Virus record (IMG/VR): IMGVR_UViG_3300027887_000463
Location: 9,371 to 73,370 of that record
Source: a virus
DNA length: 64,000 nucleotides
Reading direction: 5' to 3' (one strand)
Numbering within the stretch: the first letter of the stretch is position 1; every line of letters starts with the position of its first letter. Below, piece by piece: positions 46,266 to 55,960 of the stretch. The position numbers and the translations under genes are program-made. The notes under the pieces were generated by a model. It saw only the letters and a list, made by a program, of their open reading frames with translations. It searched no databases and was not told the origin of the DNA.

Positions 46266-46294
46266 TTGACTTTTAATTGCTTTTTTCGTATCAT
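46266..46294 (+). promoter_or_regulatory. sigma70-like promoter TTGACT-17 nt-TATCAT of the RNAP gene
   Basis: TTGACT at 46266-46271, a 17-nt spacer, TATCAT at 46289-46294, then AAAAAGGTG and the ATG at 46314. The track ORF start (TTG at 46266) is the -35 element itself. Confidence 0.6.
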
Positions 46295-46313
46295 AGACAA
46301 AAAGGTGTACTAC

Positions 46314-49300
46314 ATGGTAAATAAGCTAGATCCAGGTCTCCAGTCTAAGAACATCCAAGAAGCTATAGCAAATGTGATTAAATCACAGTTTCCTATTCAG
46401 GGTCGATATCAAACCTTGGAGCTTGTTGGGCCCCTAACAATTCAAGATGATTTAGATGATCAAGATTTTCCTGCTCAGCGTGAAGCCAAGCTCAGCGGAA
46501 GATCCTGGCAAGTTCCTGTGTACGGAACTTTCCGCCTCACTGATAATAAAACTGGAAATGTTATTGATGAAGCTAAGGATATAAAGGTCGCCAATATTCC
46601 TAAGCTTACGGATCGTTTCTCCATGCTCATCGAAGGTAATGAATATACTACGATGAATCAATTTCGTCTCAAGCCAGGAATTTATACTCGTAAAAAAGCT
46701 AACGACGAAATGGAGTCTCAATTTAATCTTGCCGTAGGTTATAACTTCAAAATGATGATGGATCCGGCAGATGGTATCTTCTATTTATATATTGGAAACC
46801 AGAAGTTCCACCTGTATACCCTGCTTCGTGCTTTTGGCGCCTCAGAAAACGAGATGATTAAATCCTGGGGCAATGCTCTGTTTGATAAAAACAAAAATGC
46901 TGGCCTCAACGAAGAGGGAAAAGAAATACCTCTGATGTGGGAGAAGTTGAAGAGACAAAAACTTCCATACGAAGAAGCTCTCAATGCTTTAAAGGATTAT
47001 TTCGATAAGACCAGAATTGATGTTGATACCACAGAAATTACCCTTGGTCGTGGAGTAGATCGTGTTACTCCAGATGCATTACTTCTTACTTCATCTAAAC
47101 TCTTACGTGTTCTACGTGGAGACGAGCCAGAAGATGAGCGCGATAGCCTAGTCTTCAAAGATCTCTATACCGTCGATGATCTTGTTCAAAAACATATCGA
47201 GAAGCGTGCTCCGAATATTCAAAAGAATCTTTTAGCCAGAACAGACCATAAGCAATCAATAAGAGAAATCATCTCACCAGATACTTATACCAAAGATATT
47301 AAGTCTTTTTTCACGCAAGGTGACTTAAGTAACCCATCCCCACAGACTAACCCCGTCGAGATGTTGGGCGAGTGGCGGAAGACTACTATCACAGGCACGG
47401 GTGGTATTCAGAGTTCACATGCCATCACCTTCAAAACTCGTGACATTCACCCAACACACTTGGGTTTTGTTGATCCTCTTAATACTCCAGAGTCGGGTAA
47501 AGTAGGTGTAACCCTTCCTCTAGCTATGCATGTTGAGAAACATGGAAAAGATATTAAGACACGATTGGTTACTCCAGAAGGAAAAGATATATTTGCCACA
47601 CCAGTAGAATTCTACAAAATGAAGGTCGGATTTCCAGATCAGCATGTTGAGGGTAAAGCTAAAGGCACCATGATTAAGGCGATGTATCGTGGGCAATCTG
47701 TGGTTCTTCCTGCCAAAGATATTGATGCATATATTCTTGACCCAACAAGTATGTTTGCTTGGACAACTAACCTTGTTCCATTCTTAGGACATAACTCGGG
47801 TAACCGCGCCCTCGTGGCCGCTAAAATGGTAACTCAAAGTGTCCCATTGAAAGCTCCAGAAACTCCTCTGGTAAAAGTTGTTGGACAAACCGGAGAAACG
47901 CTTGATTCAGTATTAGGCACGTTCTTAAAACCTAAGGTTCCTAAAGGATTTGGAACAGCCACTGTAATGAAGATCGATGATGACTACATTCATATAAGAA
48001 ATGAAAAGGGCGATCGTCATAAAGTTGGTTTATACAAAGACTTCCCGCTAAATCAAGAATCTTTTATTAATTCACGAGTTCTAGTTGATATCGGGCAGAA
48101 AGTCAAGGAGGGTGAACCTCTAGCGGATACTAACTTTTCAGACAAGAGTGGAAACTTTGCTCCTGGTGTAAATGTCAATGTTGCATATATGCCTTGGCAT
48201 GGATATAACTACGAGGACGGTATTGTTGTTACAGATTCTCTTTCCAAACGTTTTACATCAACTGTAATGTTGAAAAAGAATCTGCAGGTAGGGAAGGATA
48301 GTATTCTAGACCTAAAGAAATTTGTTTCATATTATCCTAAAGAATTGACGGTTGCCAACATTGAGAAAATGGATGATACAGGAGTAATAAAGGAGGGCGT
48401 TCGTATTGAGCCCGGTGAAACACTTATTGCTCATCTAAGCAAAATGGATCTAACGGATACACAAAAGATCCTAAAAAATATGAATCGTGTATTATCCAAT
48501 CCTTATCGTAATCAATCTCTTACCTGGGATGGAGAAAATCCAGGTGTTGTAACCCACGTTAGAAAAGTAGGAAATACTTATCAAATTCATGTGAAGGAAG
48601 AGCAACCACTCAAGGTTGGGGATAAGCTAGCCGCTCGGTATGGGGATAAAGGTATTGTTACGAAGATCATTTCAGATTCCGAAGCACCCCATACCAAAGA
48701 TGGAAATCGTATAGATATGATGGTTAATATTCATGGTGTAGTAGGCCGTATGAATATGGGGCAGCTACTTGAAGCAGCTGCTGGTCGAATCGCTATGAAG
48801 ACAGGCAAGCCTTTCTTAGTAAAGAACTTTGCTGACCGAGATTATCTATCTGATATTATGGCTGAAATGAAGAAGTTAAAACTTGAACCTAATGAGACGC
48901 TTCTGGATGGAGCAACGGGTAAGCCATTTGAAAAACCAGTCTTCTGGGGCAATAAGCATTATCTAAAGCTGATGCATGTAGTTGATCATAAGTACAAAGC
49001 TCGTGGAATCCCCGGATCTTATGATGCAAATGAGCAACCCGTCCATGGCGAGGTCGGAGGACAATCAGTTGATCCTCTACAGATGTATTCGTATCTTGCG
49101 CACGGTGCACGAGAGAATCTATATGAATTTACCGCGGTGAAAGGTCAGAAGAATGACGAGTATTGGCGTGCGCTACAGCTCGGTCTTCCGCCTCCTCCAC
49201 CCCAAAGAAACTTTGTCTTTGATAAGTTCATTAATTATATCAAGGCAGCTGGGGTTAATGTTGAGAAGAATGGAACTCGGTTTAAACTATTCCCAGCCAC

Positions 49301-52300
49301 CTCAGATGATATGTTAAAATGGTCTGCTGGCGAGCTTACAGATCCTGGTCATATGTTACGTGGAAAAGATCTTAGTGAAATTAAGGGTGGTTTATACGAC
49401 CCGAAATTAACGGGAGGGCTGCGAGGTACTAACTGGACCCACTTCAAACTAGAAGAGCCGATCCCCAATCCATTATATGAAAATGCAGTTAAGTCAATCT
49501 TAGGGCTAAATACACCTGCATTTGAACGTATCATCAATGAAGATGATAAAGATTCAAAGATGAAAGGTAACCAGCGTATAGCCAAAATGCTTTCGGATAT
49601 TGATATAGATGAAGAATTAGCCAAAGCTAAGGACGCCCTAAAGACAGCTGGACCTACACAAGTTAACACTTTGAACAAAAGGATTCGTTTCCTATCAGTG
49701 TTGAAGGAGCGTAATTTACGTCCTGAAAAAGCATATATGATGGAATTGATACCAGTACTTCCTCCAATTTATAGGCCAGTTTATCCATTACCTTCCGGAG
49801 ATACACAGAATTCTCCAATTAATTATCACTATCGTGACGTAGCTGTGTTGAATCAGTCTATAAAAGATATAAAAGCACAAGGTCATTTGATAGATGAGTT
49901 GGAACAGAACAGAAAGAATAGATCTGACTTATACAAATCTGTAAAAGCTTTAATGGGATTAGCAGAGCCCATCACCTTTACTACTCGTCAATATGAAGGA
50001 CTTCTTGGAACTCTTGCCGGAGATTCTCCAAAGCAAGGATTCATTCAGAACAAGTCCTGGTCGAAACGTCAAGATTTATCGGCTCGGTCCACGATCACAG
50101 TGGAACCTTCGCTCGGTATCGATCAAGTTGGATTGCCTGACGTCATGTTGAAAGATCTCTTTAAACCGTTTGTTATGAGAGAAATTGTACGCCAAGGTTA
50201 CAAACCAACTGAAGCCTTAGAACAGATAAAAACCTGGACTCCTGTAGCGGAACAAGCTCTGAATAATGCTATTAAACAGCGGCCCGTTATGCTTAACCGG
50301 GCACCATCTCTTCATAAGCATTCAGTACAGGCATTCTGGCCACAGAGATTTGAAGGACAAAGTATTCGTGTAAGTCCATTGACAGCAAAAGGATTTAACT
50401 TTGACTTTGATGGCGACACCATGTCAGTACACGTTCCTGTGTCTGAAAAAGCTGTGGAAGAAGCTAAAGGCATGCTGCCAACAAAGAATCTCTACAAAGC
50501 CGGCGATCGTCAGCATATGATTAATATTGAACAGGATTACCAGCTTGGTCTTTATTATTTATCACAGCTCGGAGCAGATACTGGAAAACGATTTTCTTCT
50601 ATTAGCAAGGCAATAAAGGAAGTTAAGGATCGTAATACTACCTTTACTTTAGATGGTAAAAAGATGAGTATCGGACAATGGGAAATTAACGACCCACTTC
50701 CTGATGCTTTGAAAGATTATACGCGACTCATGGATTCAAAAGCCGTCAAAGGTTTAGTAGATACATTATTTATGAAATATCCCGGTTATCTTGGAACTGT
50801 TATTGATACCTGGAAGGAGCTCGGAAGAAACTACGCAGTTCAAAGAGGTAGTACCGTGTCCATTACAGATATGGTCGTTGATCGCAGTTACAGGGATAAG
50901 ATCTTAAAAGATTATGAAGCTAAAATTAAGCCTGGTATGGATAAATATGAAGTCTCAAAGATCTATGGTGATGCTAAAGCTGAGATGGAAGAGGCTCAAG
51001 AAAAGCTTCTAAAGGGGAAGAACAACTTTTATGATATGTTACAAGCTGGAAGTACTTCGAAGAAGGGTCAGGTTACACAGATCCTTTCCATGCCGGGCAT
51101 TATGATGGACGTTCACGGAGAGCCAATTCCACATCCTGTAAAGAAATCTTGGTCAGAAGGTCTTGATACATTTGATTATTGGAACCAGTCTTATGGTGCC
51201 CGTAAAGGTGTTGTGGATCGTTCCGTTAATACTCAAGATTCTGGAGCTTTAAATAAAGAACTTCTATTTACTACTAAGAGTTTATTAGTTATTGAAGAAG
51301 ATTGTGGAACTCCAGAGGGTATTATATTAGATACTGATTCCAAAGAAGTTATGGATCGATTTCTTTCAAGTGATGTTCCGGGCGTTGGTAAGAGAAATGA
51401 TCTTGTTACAAATGAGCGTATGTTAAAAGCGAAAACAAAGAAAATAGAAAAACTTCCAGTACGATCATCTCTCACCTGTGAAGCTGAGGGCGGAGTTTGT
51501 CAGAAATGTTATGGCCTTATGGCAAACGGACAACTTGCTCGTATAGGAGAAAATGTAGGAGTTATTGACTCTGAGGCTGTTACTGAACGTTCTACTCAAT
51601 TACAAATGCAGACTTTCCATACTGGGGGTGTTGCAGGCGGAGGGGCAGCAGTAACATTAGGGTTCCCTAGATTGGAAGAGCTCTTGTATGTTCCACAGAA
51701 GATTCGAGACGCAGCGGTTCTTTCGCGAGAAGATGGTATTGTTACTCAAATTACAGAGAATCCAGCAGGAGGAAAAAATCTCTTCATTGGTCGTAGTGAG
51801 TACTATATTCCAAGAGAGAGACGTCTAGACGTTTCCGTCGGCTCTCGAGTAAAACGTGGTGATCGTTTAACAGATGGTTCCATTAAGCCACAGGAATTGT
51901 CGGAATTAAAAGAGCATCTTACAGCCCAGCAATATATAGCAGATGAAATCAATAAGATTTATGAGAATAAATTTGCAAGGAAAACTTTTGAAACCGTTTT
52001 ACGTGGTGTAGCAAATAATGCCGAAATAACAAATATTCCTGAAGAAGTAGAAGCAAGTGCTAATTTTATGCGGGGCGATACAGTACCGATAACTCGTGTA
52101 AAGAAATTAAATAGAGAGCTACTTGCTGAAGGAAAACCACAGATAGAATATAAGCCATTCTTTAAATCTATCTCTGTACTCCCATTACATAGTGACGATT
52201 GGCTAAGTAGATTAACAACAAACAGATTAAAACAAACTATCCAAGAGGCAGCTTCTATGGGTATGGAGAGCGATGTTAAGGGCACAGACCCGATGTCTGC

Positions 52301-52361
52301 TTATCTATATGGACTTGATTTTGGAAAAGATGTTGATCCAACAAAGAAGAAATTCTATTAA
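46314..52361 (+). CDS. fused beta-beta' multisubunit-type DNA-dependent RNA polymerase (single chain)
   Basis: The beta blocks come first: RDIHPTHLGFVDPLNTPESGKVG, LVPFLGHNSGNRALVAAKM, MPWHGYNYEDGIVV, RYGDKGIVTKI...GRMNMGQLLE and KLMHVVDHKYKARG. The beta' blocks follow: VLPPIYRPV, KRQDLSARSTITV, NRAPSLHKHSVQAF, NFDFDGDTMSVHVP, YGARKGVVDRSVNTQDSGALNKEL and TQLQMQTFHTGG. Confidence 0.9.
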   Translation: MVNKLDPGLQSKNIQEAIANVIKSQFPIQGRYQTLELVGPLTIQDDLDDQDFPAQREAKLSGRSWQVPVYGTFRLTDNKTGNVIDEAKDIKVANIPKLTDRFSMLIEGNEYTTMNQFRLKPGIYTRKKANDEMESQFNLAVGYNFKMMMDPADGIFYLYIGNQKFHLYTLLRAFGASENEMIKSWGNALFDKNKNAGLNEEGKEIPLMWEKLKRQKLPYEEALNALKDYFDKTRIDVDTTEITLGRGVDRVTPDALLLTSSKLLRVLRGDEPEDERDSLVFKDLYTVDDLVQKHIEKRAPNIQKNLLARTDHKQSIREIISPDTYTKDIKSFFTQGDLSNPSPQTNPVEMLGEWRKTTITGTGGIQSSHAITFKTRDIHPTHLGFVDPLNTPESGKVGVTLPLAMHVEKHGKDIKTRLVTPEGKDIFATPVEFYKMKVGFPDQHVEGKAKGTMIKAMYRGQSVVLPAKDIDAYILDPTSMFAWTTNLVPFLGHNSGNRALVAAKMVTQSVPLKAPETPLVKVVGQTGETLDSVLGTFLKPKVPKGFGTATVMKIDDDYIHIRNEKGDRHKVGLYKDFPLNQESFINSRVLVDIGQKVKEGEPLADTNFSDKSGNFAPGVNVNVAYMPWHGYNYEDGIVVTDSLSKRFTSTVMLKKNLQVGKDSILDLKKFVSYYPKELTVANIEKMDDTGVIKEGVRIEPGETLIAHLSKMDLTDTQKILKNMNRVLSNPYRNQSLTWDGENPGVVTHVRKVGNTYQIHVKEEQPLKVGDKLAARYGDKGIVTKIISDSEAPHTKDGNRIDMMVNIHGVVGRMNMGQLLEAAAGRIAMKTGKPFLVKNFADRDYLSDIMAEMKKLKLEPNETLLDGATGKPFEKPVFWGNKHYLKLMHVVDHKYKARGIPGSYDANEQPVHGEVGGQSVDPLQMYSYLAHGARENLYEFTAVKGQKNDEYWRALQLGLPPPPPQRNFVFDKFINYIKAAGVNVEKNGTRFKLFPATSDDMLKWSAGELTDPGHMLRGKDLSEIKGGLYDPKLTGGLRGTNWTHFKLEEPIPNPLYENAVKSILGLNTPAFERIINEDDKDSKMKGNQRIAKMLSDIDIDEELAKAKDALKTAGPTQVNTLNKRIRFLSVLKERNLRPEKAYMMELIPVLPPIYRPVYPLPSGDTQNSPINYHYRDVAVLNQSIKDIKAQGHLIDELEQNRKNRSDLYKSVKALMGLAEPITFTTRQYEGLLGTLAGDSPKQGFIQNKSWSKRQDLSARSTITVEPSLGIDQVGLPDVMLKDLFKPFVMREIVRQGYKPTEALEQIKTWTPVAEQALNNAIKQRPVMLNRAPSLHKHSVQAFWPQRFEGQSIRVSPLTAKGFNFDFDGDTMSVHVPVSEKAVEEAKGMLPTKNLYKAGDRQHMINIEQDYQLGLYYLSQLGADTGKRFSSISKAIKEVKDRNTTFTLDGKKMSIGQWEINDPLPDALKDYTRLMDSKAVKGLVDTLFMKYPGYLGTVIDTWKELGRNYAVQRGSTVSITDMVVDRSYRDKILKDYEAKIKPGMDKYEVSKIYGDAKAEMEEAQEKLLKGKNNFYDMLQAGSTSKKGQVTQILSMPGIMMDVHGEPIPHPVKKSWSEGLDTFDYWNQSYGARKGVVDRSVNTQDSGALNKELLFTTKSLLVIEEDCGTPEGIILDTDSKEVMDRFLSSDVPGVGKRNDLVTNERMLKAKTKKIEKLPVRSSLTCEAEGGVCQKCYGLMANGQLARIGENVGVIDSEAVTERSTQLQMQTFHTGGVAGGGAAVTLGFPRLEELLYVPQKIRDAAVLSREDGIVTQITENPAGGKNLFIGRSEYYIPRERRLDVSVGSRVKRGDRLTDGSIKPQELSELKEHLTAQQYIADEINKIYENKFARKTFETVLRGVANNAEITNIPEEVEASANFMRGDTVPITRVKKLNRELLAEGKPQIEYKPFFKSISVLPLHSDDWLSRLTTNRLKQTIQEAASMGMESDVKGTDPMSAYLYGLDFGKDVDPTKKKFY

Positions 52362-52372
52362 GGTAAAAAAAT

Positions 52373-52398
52373 AAAAGGGGAGTTTCGGCTCCCCTTTT
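52373..52398. terminator. bidirectional rho-independent terminator
   Basis: AAAAGGGGAG-TTTCGG-CTCCCCTTTT forms a 10-bp stem with A/T runs on both sides. It lies between the RNAP stop (52361) and the convergent - strand gene (52405). Confidence 0.75.
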
Positions 52399-52404
52399 AC
52401 TTTA

Positions 52405-52770
52405 CTACTCCAGCGGCTCGCCCATCCCAAATGATCCTACCCACAGCCTTTCTCCTCCACCAAAAGACATCTCGAAGCAATCCGAGTGTACCTTCTTTAG
52501 AAGAGCCGACATCTCCCAGCCGTATACAAGAATAAGATGCTTCACGTGCTTCATCGCATCTGCACTTGTTTTACCCGCAATTACATCTTCTACGGTGACT
52601 GTGAAATAGTCTGCCTGGGCTGCTTCATTGGGAATCGTAGCAAACGCCTCAAGATCAGGATTCGTAATTAGAATCTGACCTTTGGATGGAGAAACTGTAT
52701 AAATCTCTCCATAAGGCGTTCTACTATACATGCCCAGCGGCTGATTATTGAAATCAACTAAATAGATCAT
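52405..52770 (-). CDS. hypothetical protein
   Basis: 121-aa ORF with an ATGA overlap to the upstream gene. Confidence 0.5.
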   Translation of the reverse strand: MIYLVDFNNQPLGMYSRTPYGEIYTVSPSKGQILITNPDLEAFATIPNEAAQADYFTVTVEDVIAGKTSADAMKHVKHLILVYGWEMSALLKKVHSDCFEMSFGGGERLWVGSFGMGEPLE

Positions 52771-53732
52771 TCTCCGAGTTTCACTGCACTCCAGATGGTT
52801 TCGAAGGAAAGGGCTGTTCCCTTCTTCGGACCAATTGTCTGAACCTTGAGGTTCTTCCAGCTGGCATCACCATCTGCTTTACGTTCCTGTGTGTTGAGTT
52901 CCTTTACGTTAGGATACGTATAGGGCTCAAGCTGTTCATTGTAAAGATTGGAGTTTACAATTGTGACATAGTGCTTCACGGAATTATAAACTTTTCTCAT
53001 TAACACAACACGAACAGCACCAGGATTGGTCTGGAAGTATAGCTGGGCGATAAGATCATCGCTTCCATAGCGATCTGACTCGATGAGGATCAAAGCAGAA
53101 AGATCGTTATGAAAAATCACATCATACTTGAGATTTGGATAGTTTCGTTCGACTGCTTCCATTTCTCCAATATGTGTATGCCAGTAGTCTTCCTGATCTG
53201 TCAGATAATGCCAGCAGGATTCGGTCCTTGGCTTTCCAGGAAGATCCTTAAATGGAAAAGGAAATTCATTGAGAAAGTTATTCAAAAGCCTTGGACGTTG
53301 CTGTTTAACGAAGGTGTACTTGTCCGCAGTCCACTCCGAAAGCTCCCCAATCAATGCGGAAAGCTTGGTGCCAGAAATCAGCACGTCTTGACGAGTTTCT
53401 GATTCCAGCAAAACTGCAGCCAGAGAATCGTCGGGAGTGATGTCATAAATCGGACGATACAACACGGGCGGTTCCCATTTGGGGTTGTGAGTCATAAATG
53501 AGAACGCCTGGCCAGCGATTGACATCAAACTGGCACGCTCTTCCGGCTTGTGCAATCTCTGCACACCGAAAGTTACTGCCTTGAGCGTGGGATAGAAACG
53601 AAATTGAGGAAACCCATCCTTTGTCAAGGTTCCGGCATTCGTAATATTCAGCCCGATAATGGCAGTATTTGGAGCGACCTGTATATTGGTCAACTCGCTG
53701 TTATCCTTGGCATTGAGAAATATAACTTTCAT
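52767..53732 (-). CDS. hypothetical protein
   Basis: 321-aa ORF with SD AAGGAG upstream of the ATG. Confidence 0.55.
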   Translation of the reverse strand: MKVIFLNAKDNSELTNIQVAPNTAIIGLNITNAGTLTKDGFPQFRFYPTLKAVTFGVQRLHKPEERASLMSIAGQAFSFMTHNPKWEPPVLYRPIYDITPDDSLAAVLLESETRQDVLISGTKLSALIGELSEWTADKYTFVKQQRPRLLNNFLNEFPFPFKDLPGKPRTESCWHYLTDQEDYWHTHIGEMEAVERNYPNLKYDVIFHNDLSALILIESDRYGSDDLIAQLYFQTNPGAVRVVLMRKVYNSVKHYVTIVNSNLYNEQLEPYTYPNVKELNTQERKADGDASWKNLKVQTIGPKKGTALSFETIWSAVKLGE

Positions 53733-53767
53733 GTGAGAAAGCTCCTTTGTAAGATTTATGAAAAGCT

Positions 53768-53789
53768 ATGGCGGGAATAGTCCCGCCAT
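53768..53789 (-). terminator. terminator-like hairpin after the Clp gene
   Basis: ATGGCGGGA-ATAG-TCCCGCCAT forms a 9-bp stem. On the - strand it is followed by AGCTTTTC, a weak U-tract. Confidence 0.45.
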
Positions 53790-53791
53790 TA

Positions 53792-55960
53792 TTATTTGTT
53801 CACAACGACAACCTTTCCGTCGACCAGTTGAACTTCAAATGACCTTGCATCTGGATTCTCCAGAAGAAGATCTGCCATCTTTGATTCAACTTCCTTTTCA
53901 ATCAATCGACGCATTGGTCGAGCACCATATTCCGTAGAGTAGCCCTTTTCCAAGAACCAGTCTTCGGCTTCTGGTGTAAAGCTCATCGTAAACCGTTCGT
54001 TGATATCGTTTACCATAAGCTTCATGATCTGTCTCATACTGTCCTTATCGAGACGATTAAAGGTAACAATCTCGTCAAGGCGGTTGAGAAACTCCGGCTT
54101 GAAAAAGCTCTTCAACGCCGCCTTAAGATTCTTCTTCATATCATCATCTGCTGATGTTTCAGAGAATCCAAGGTTACGTTTTCCGGCGCTCTCAACACCG
54201 ATGTTTGACGTGATAATGATAATAGTATTTTTGAAACTGACAACCCTCCCTTGAGAATCAGTCAGAATACCATCATCAAAAATCTGAAGAAGCACATTGA
54301 ATACATCCGGATGCGCTTTCTCTATCTCATCAAACAATACAACTGAATACGGCTTCTTACGAACTTTCTCTGTAAGCTTTCCACCGCTATCATCGTATCC
54401 GATGTATCCCGGAGGAGCTCCGATAAGCGAAGAGATGGTGAACCGATCAAAGAATTCACTCATATCCAAACGAATCATTGCCTGTTCCGAATCAAACAGA
54501 TATCTAGCCAACTGTCTGGCCATCTCTGTTTTTCCAACCCCAGTAGGTCCAATGAAGAGGAAGGTGCTTGGGCGTTTATCGCTTTTGACACCGGTGCGTT
54601 TCCGTTTAATTGAGTTGGATACAGCTTGAATAGCATCTGGCTGTCCAACCAATCTTCCAGAAAGATCGGTATCAATGTGCTTTAACTTTTCCCGTTCCGA
54701 CTTATTGAGATTGGTGATAGGAACACCGGTTGTCTTCGAAACTACTCCTCGAATGATATCATTGTCGACCTGGACTGTGCCAGCGAGTTTTGCGACTGCC
54801 GCAGCTTCATCCAAAACGTCAATGGCTTTATCAGGAAGGAAACGATCCTGAATATAGCGTTCGGTGAGTTCAATAATGGTTGGAATAGCTTCCTGTGGAA
54901 TTTCCACCCCGTGATAAAGTTCATAGACATATTTGATTTGGCCGAGAATCTGTGCGGTTTCCTCCAGGGTTGGTTGCTCAATCATCACCTTCTGAAATCT
55001 CCGCTCCAACGCTCCATCCTTCTCGACATGCTTGCGAAATTCATTGGCAGTAGTTGCGCCAATGCATTTAATGTATCCACGTGATAGTGCCGGCTTGATG
55101 ATGTTTGCAGCATCACCAGTTCCCTCAGTACCTCCCGTACCCATAAGGGAATGCATCTCATCGATAAACAGAATGATATCAGGATTCTTCATCAGTTCCT
55201 TGATAATCATCTGCATCCTCTGCTCGAATTGTCCCCTGTACTGCGTTCCCGCAATAATGGAGTTGATGTCAAGTGAAAGGATTCTTTTGTTGAGAAGCAT
55301 TTTGGGAACATTACCCGCAGCGACGCGCATTGCCAGACCTTCGACAATAGCGGTCTTTCCCACGCCTGGCTCACCGATCAACGCAGGGTTGTTCTTCTTC
55401 CTGCGTGCTAGGATCTCGATGACACGTGAGATTTCGGATTCGCGTCCGATGACCGGATCTAACTTATTCTCCTGAGCCAGAATCGTCAGATCCATCGAAA
55501 AAGCATTTAGTGCCGGAGTGTTTTGTGAACTTGTCCGATCACTTGATACCTTTTTCTTTGGTTCTCCGACTTCAGTGTAGCCAACTTCATTGAGCATCTT
55601 GGACGCTACACTGTCTGGTGTACGATAGAGACTGTGAACTAAAGCATCTGCTTCTATTGTTCCGGTTATCGATATGAACTTGGCGAAGTTCAGAATATAA
55701 CGCATCGAATTCGAAACTTTCGGAAGAGGGTTCGTTACTGCAATATCCCTCTGTATTACACGGAATCGATCCGACAAGAGTGTACGAAGTTTACCAATGT
55801 TTGCCCCATTCTTGTTTAAAAGCGTAAGGCCTTCGTTATCACCTTGCTCCACGATTGCAAAAAGTAAGACTTCACTGGAAATTGTATCTTGGTTAAGCTC
55901 CGTCGCTTTCTTTCGAGCTAATCCAAAGATTTCCTCTGTCTTTGTTGAATACTGATTCAT
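53792..55960 (-). CDS. ClpA/ClpC-type two-ring AAA+ unfoldase
   Basis: It has a Clp_N-like N-domain. NBD1 carries GEPGVGKTAIVEGLA and ILFIDEMHSLMG. NBD2 carries FIGPTGVGKTEMARQLA, VVLFDEIEKAHPDVFNVLLQIFDDG and GARPMRRLIE. There is no long ClpB-type middle domain. I set the start at the ATG at 55960 (AAAAGGAG-6 nt-ATG), not the track start at 56017. Confidence 0.85.
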   Translation of the reverse strand: MNQYSTKTEEIFGLARKKATELNQDTISSEVLLFAIVEQGDNEGLTLLNKNGANIGKLRTLLSDRFRVIQRDIAVTNPLPKVSNSMRYILNFAKFISITGTIEADALVHSLYRTPDSVASKMLNEVGYTEVGEPKKKVSSDRTSSQNTPALNAFSMDLTILAQENKLDPVIGRESEISRVIEILARRKKNNPALIGEPGVGKTAIVEGLAMRVAAGNVPKMLLNKRILSLDINSIIAGTQYRGQFEQRMQMIIKELMKNPDIILFIDEMHSLMGTGGTEGTGDAANIIKPALSRGYIKCIGATTANEFRKHVEKDGALERRFQKVMIEQPTLEETAQILGQIKYVYELYHGVEIPQEAIPTIIELTERYIQDRFLPDKAIDVLDEAAAVAKLAGTVQVDNDIIRGVVSKTTGVPITNLNKSEREKLKHIDTDLSGRLVGQPDAIQAVSNSIKRKRTGVKSDKRPSTFLFIGPTGVGKTEMARQLARYLFDSEQAMIRLDMSEFFDRFTISSLIGAPPGYIGYDDSGGKLTEKVRKKPYSVVLFDEIEKAHPDVFNVLLQIFDDGILTDSQGRVVSFKNTIIIITSNIGVESAGKRNLGFSETSADDDMKKNLKAALKSFFKPEFLNRLDEIVTFNRLDKDSMRQIMKLMVNDINERFTMSFTPEAEDWFLEKGYSTEYGARPMRRLIEKEVESKMADLLLENPDARSFEVQLVDGKVVVVNK

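Noticed and set aside
46266-46313. The track start of the RNAP ORF at TTG 46266 (MTFNCFFRIIDKKVYY...).
   Set aside because: That TTG is the first base of a TTGACT-17-TATCAT promoter. An ATG with an upstream AAGGTG lies at 46314 and begins the conserved protein.
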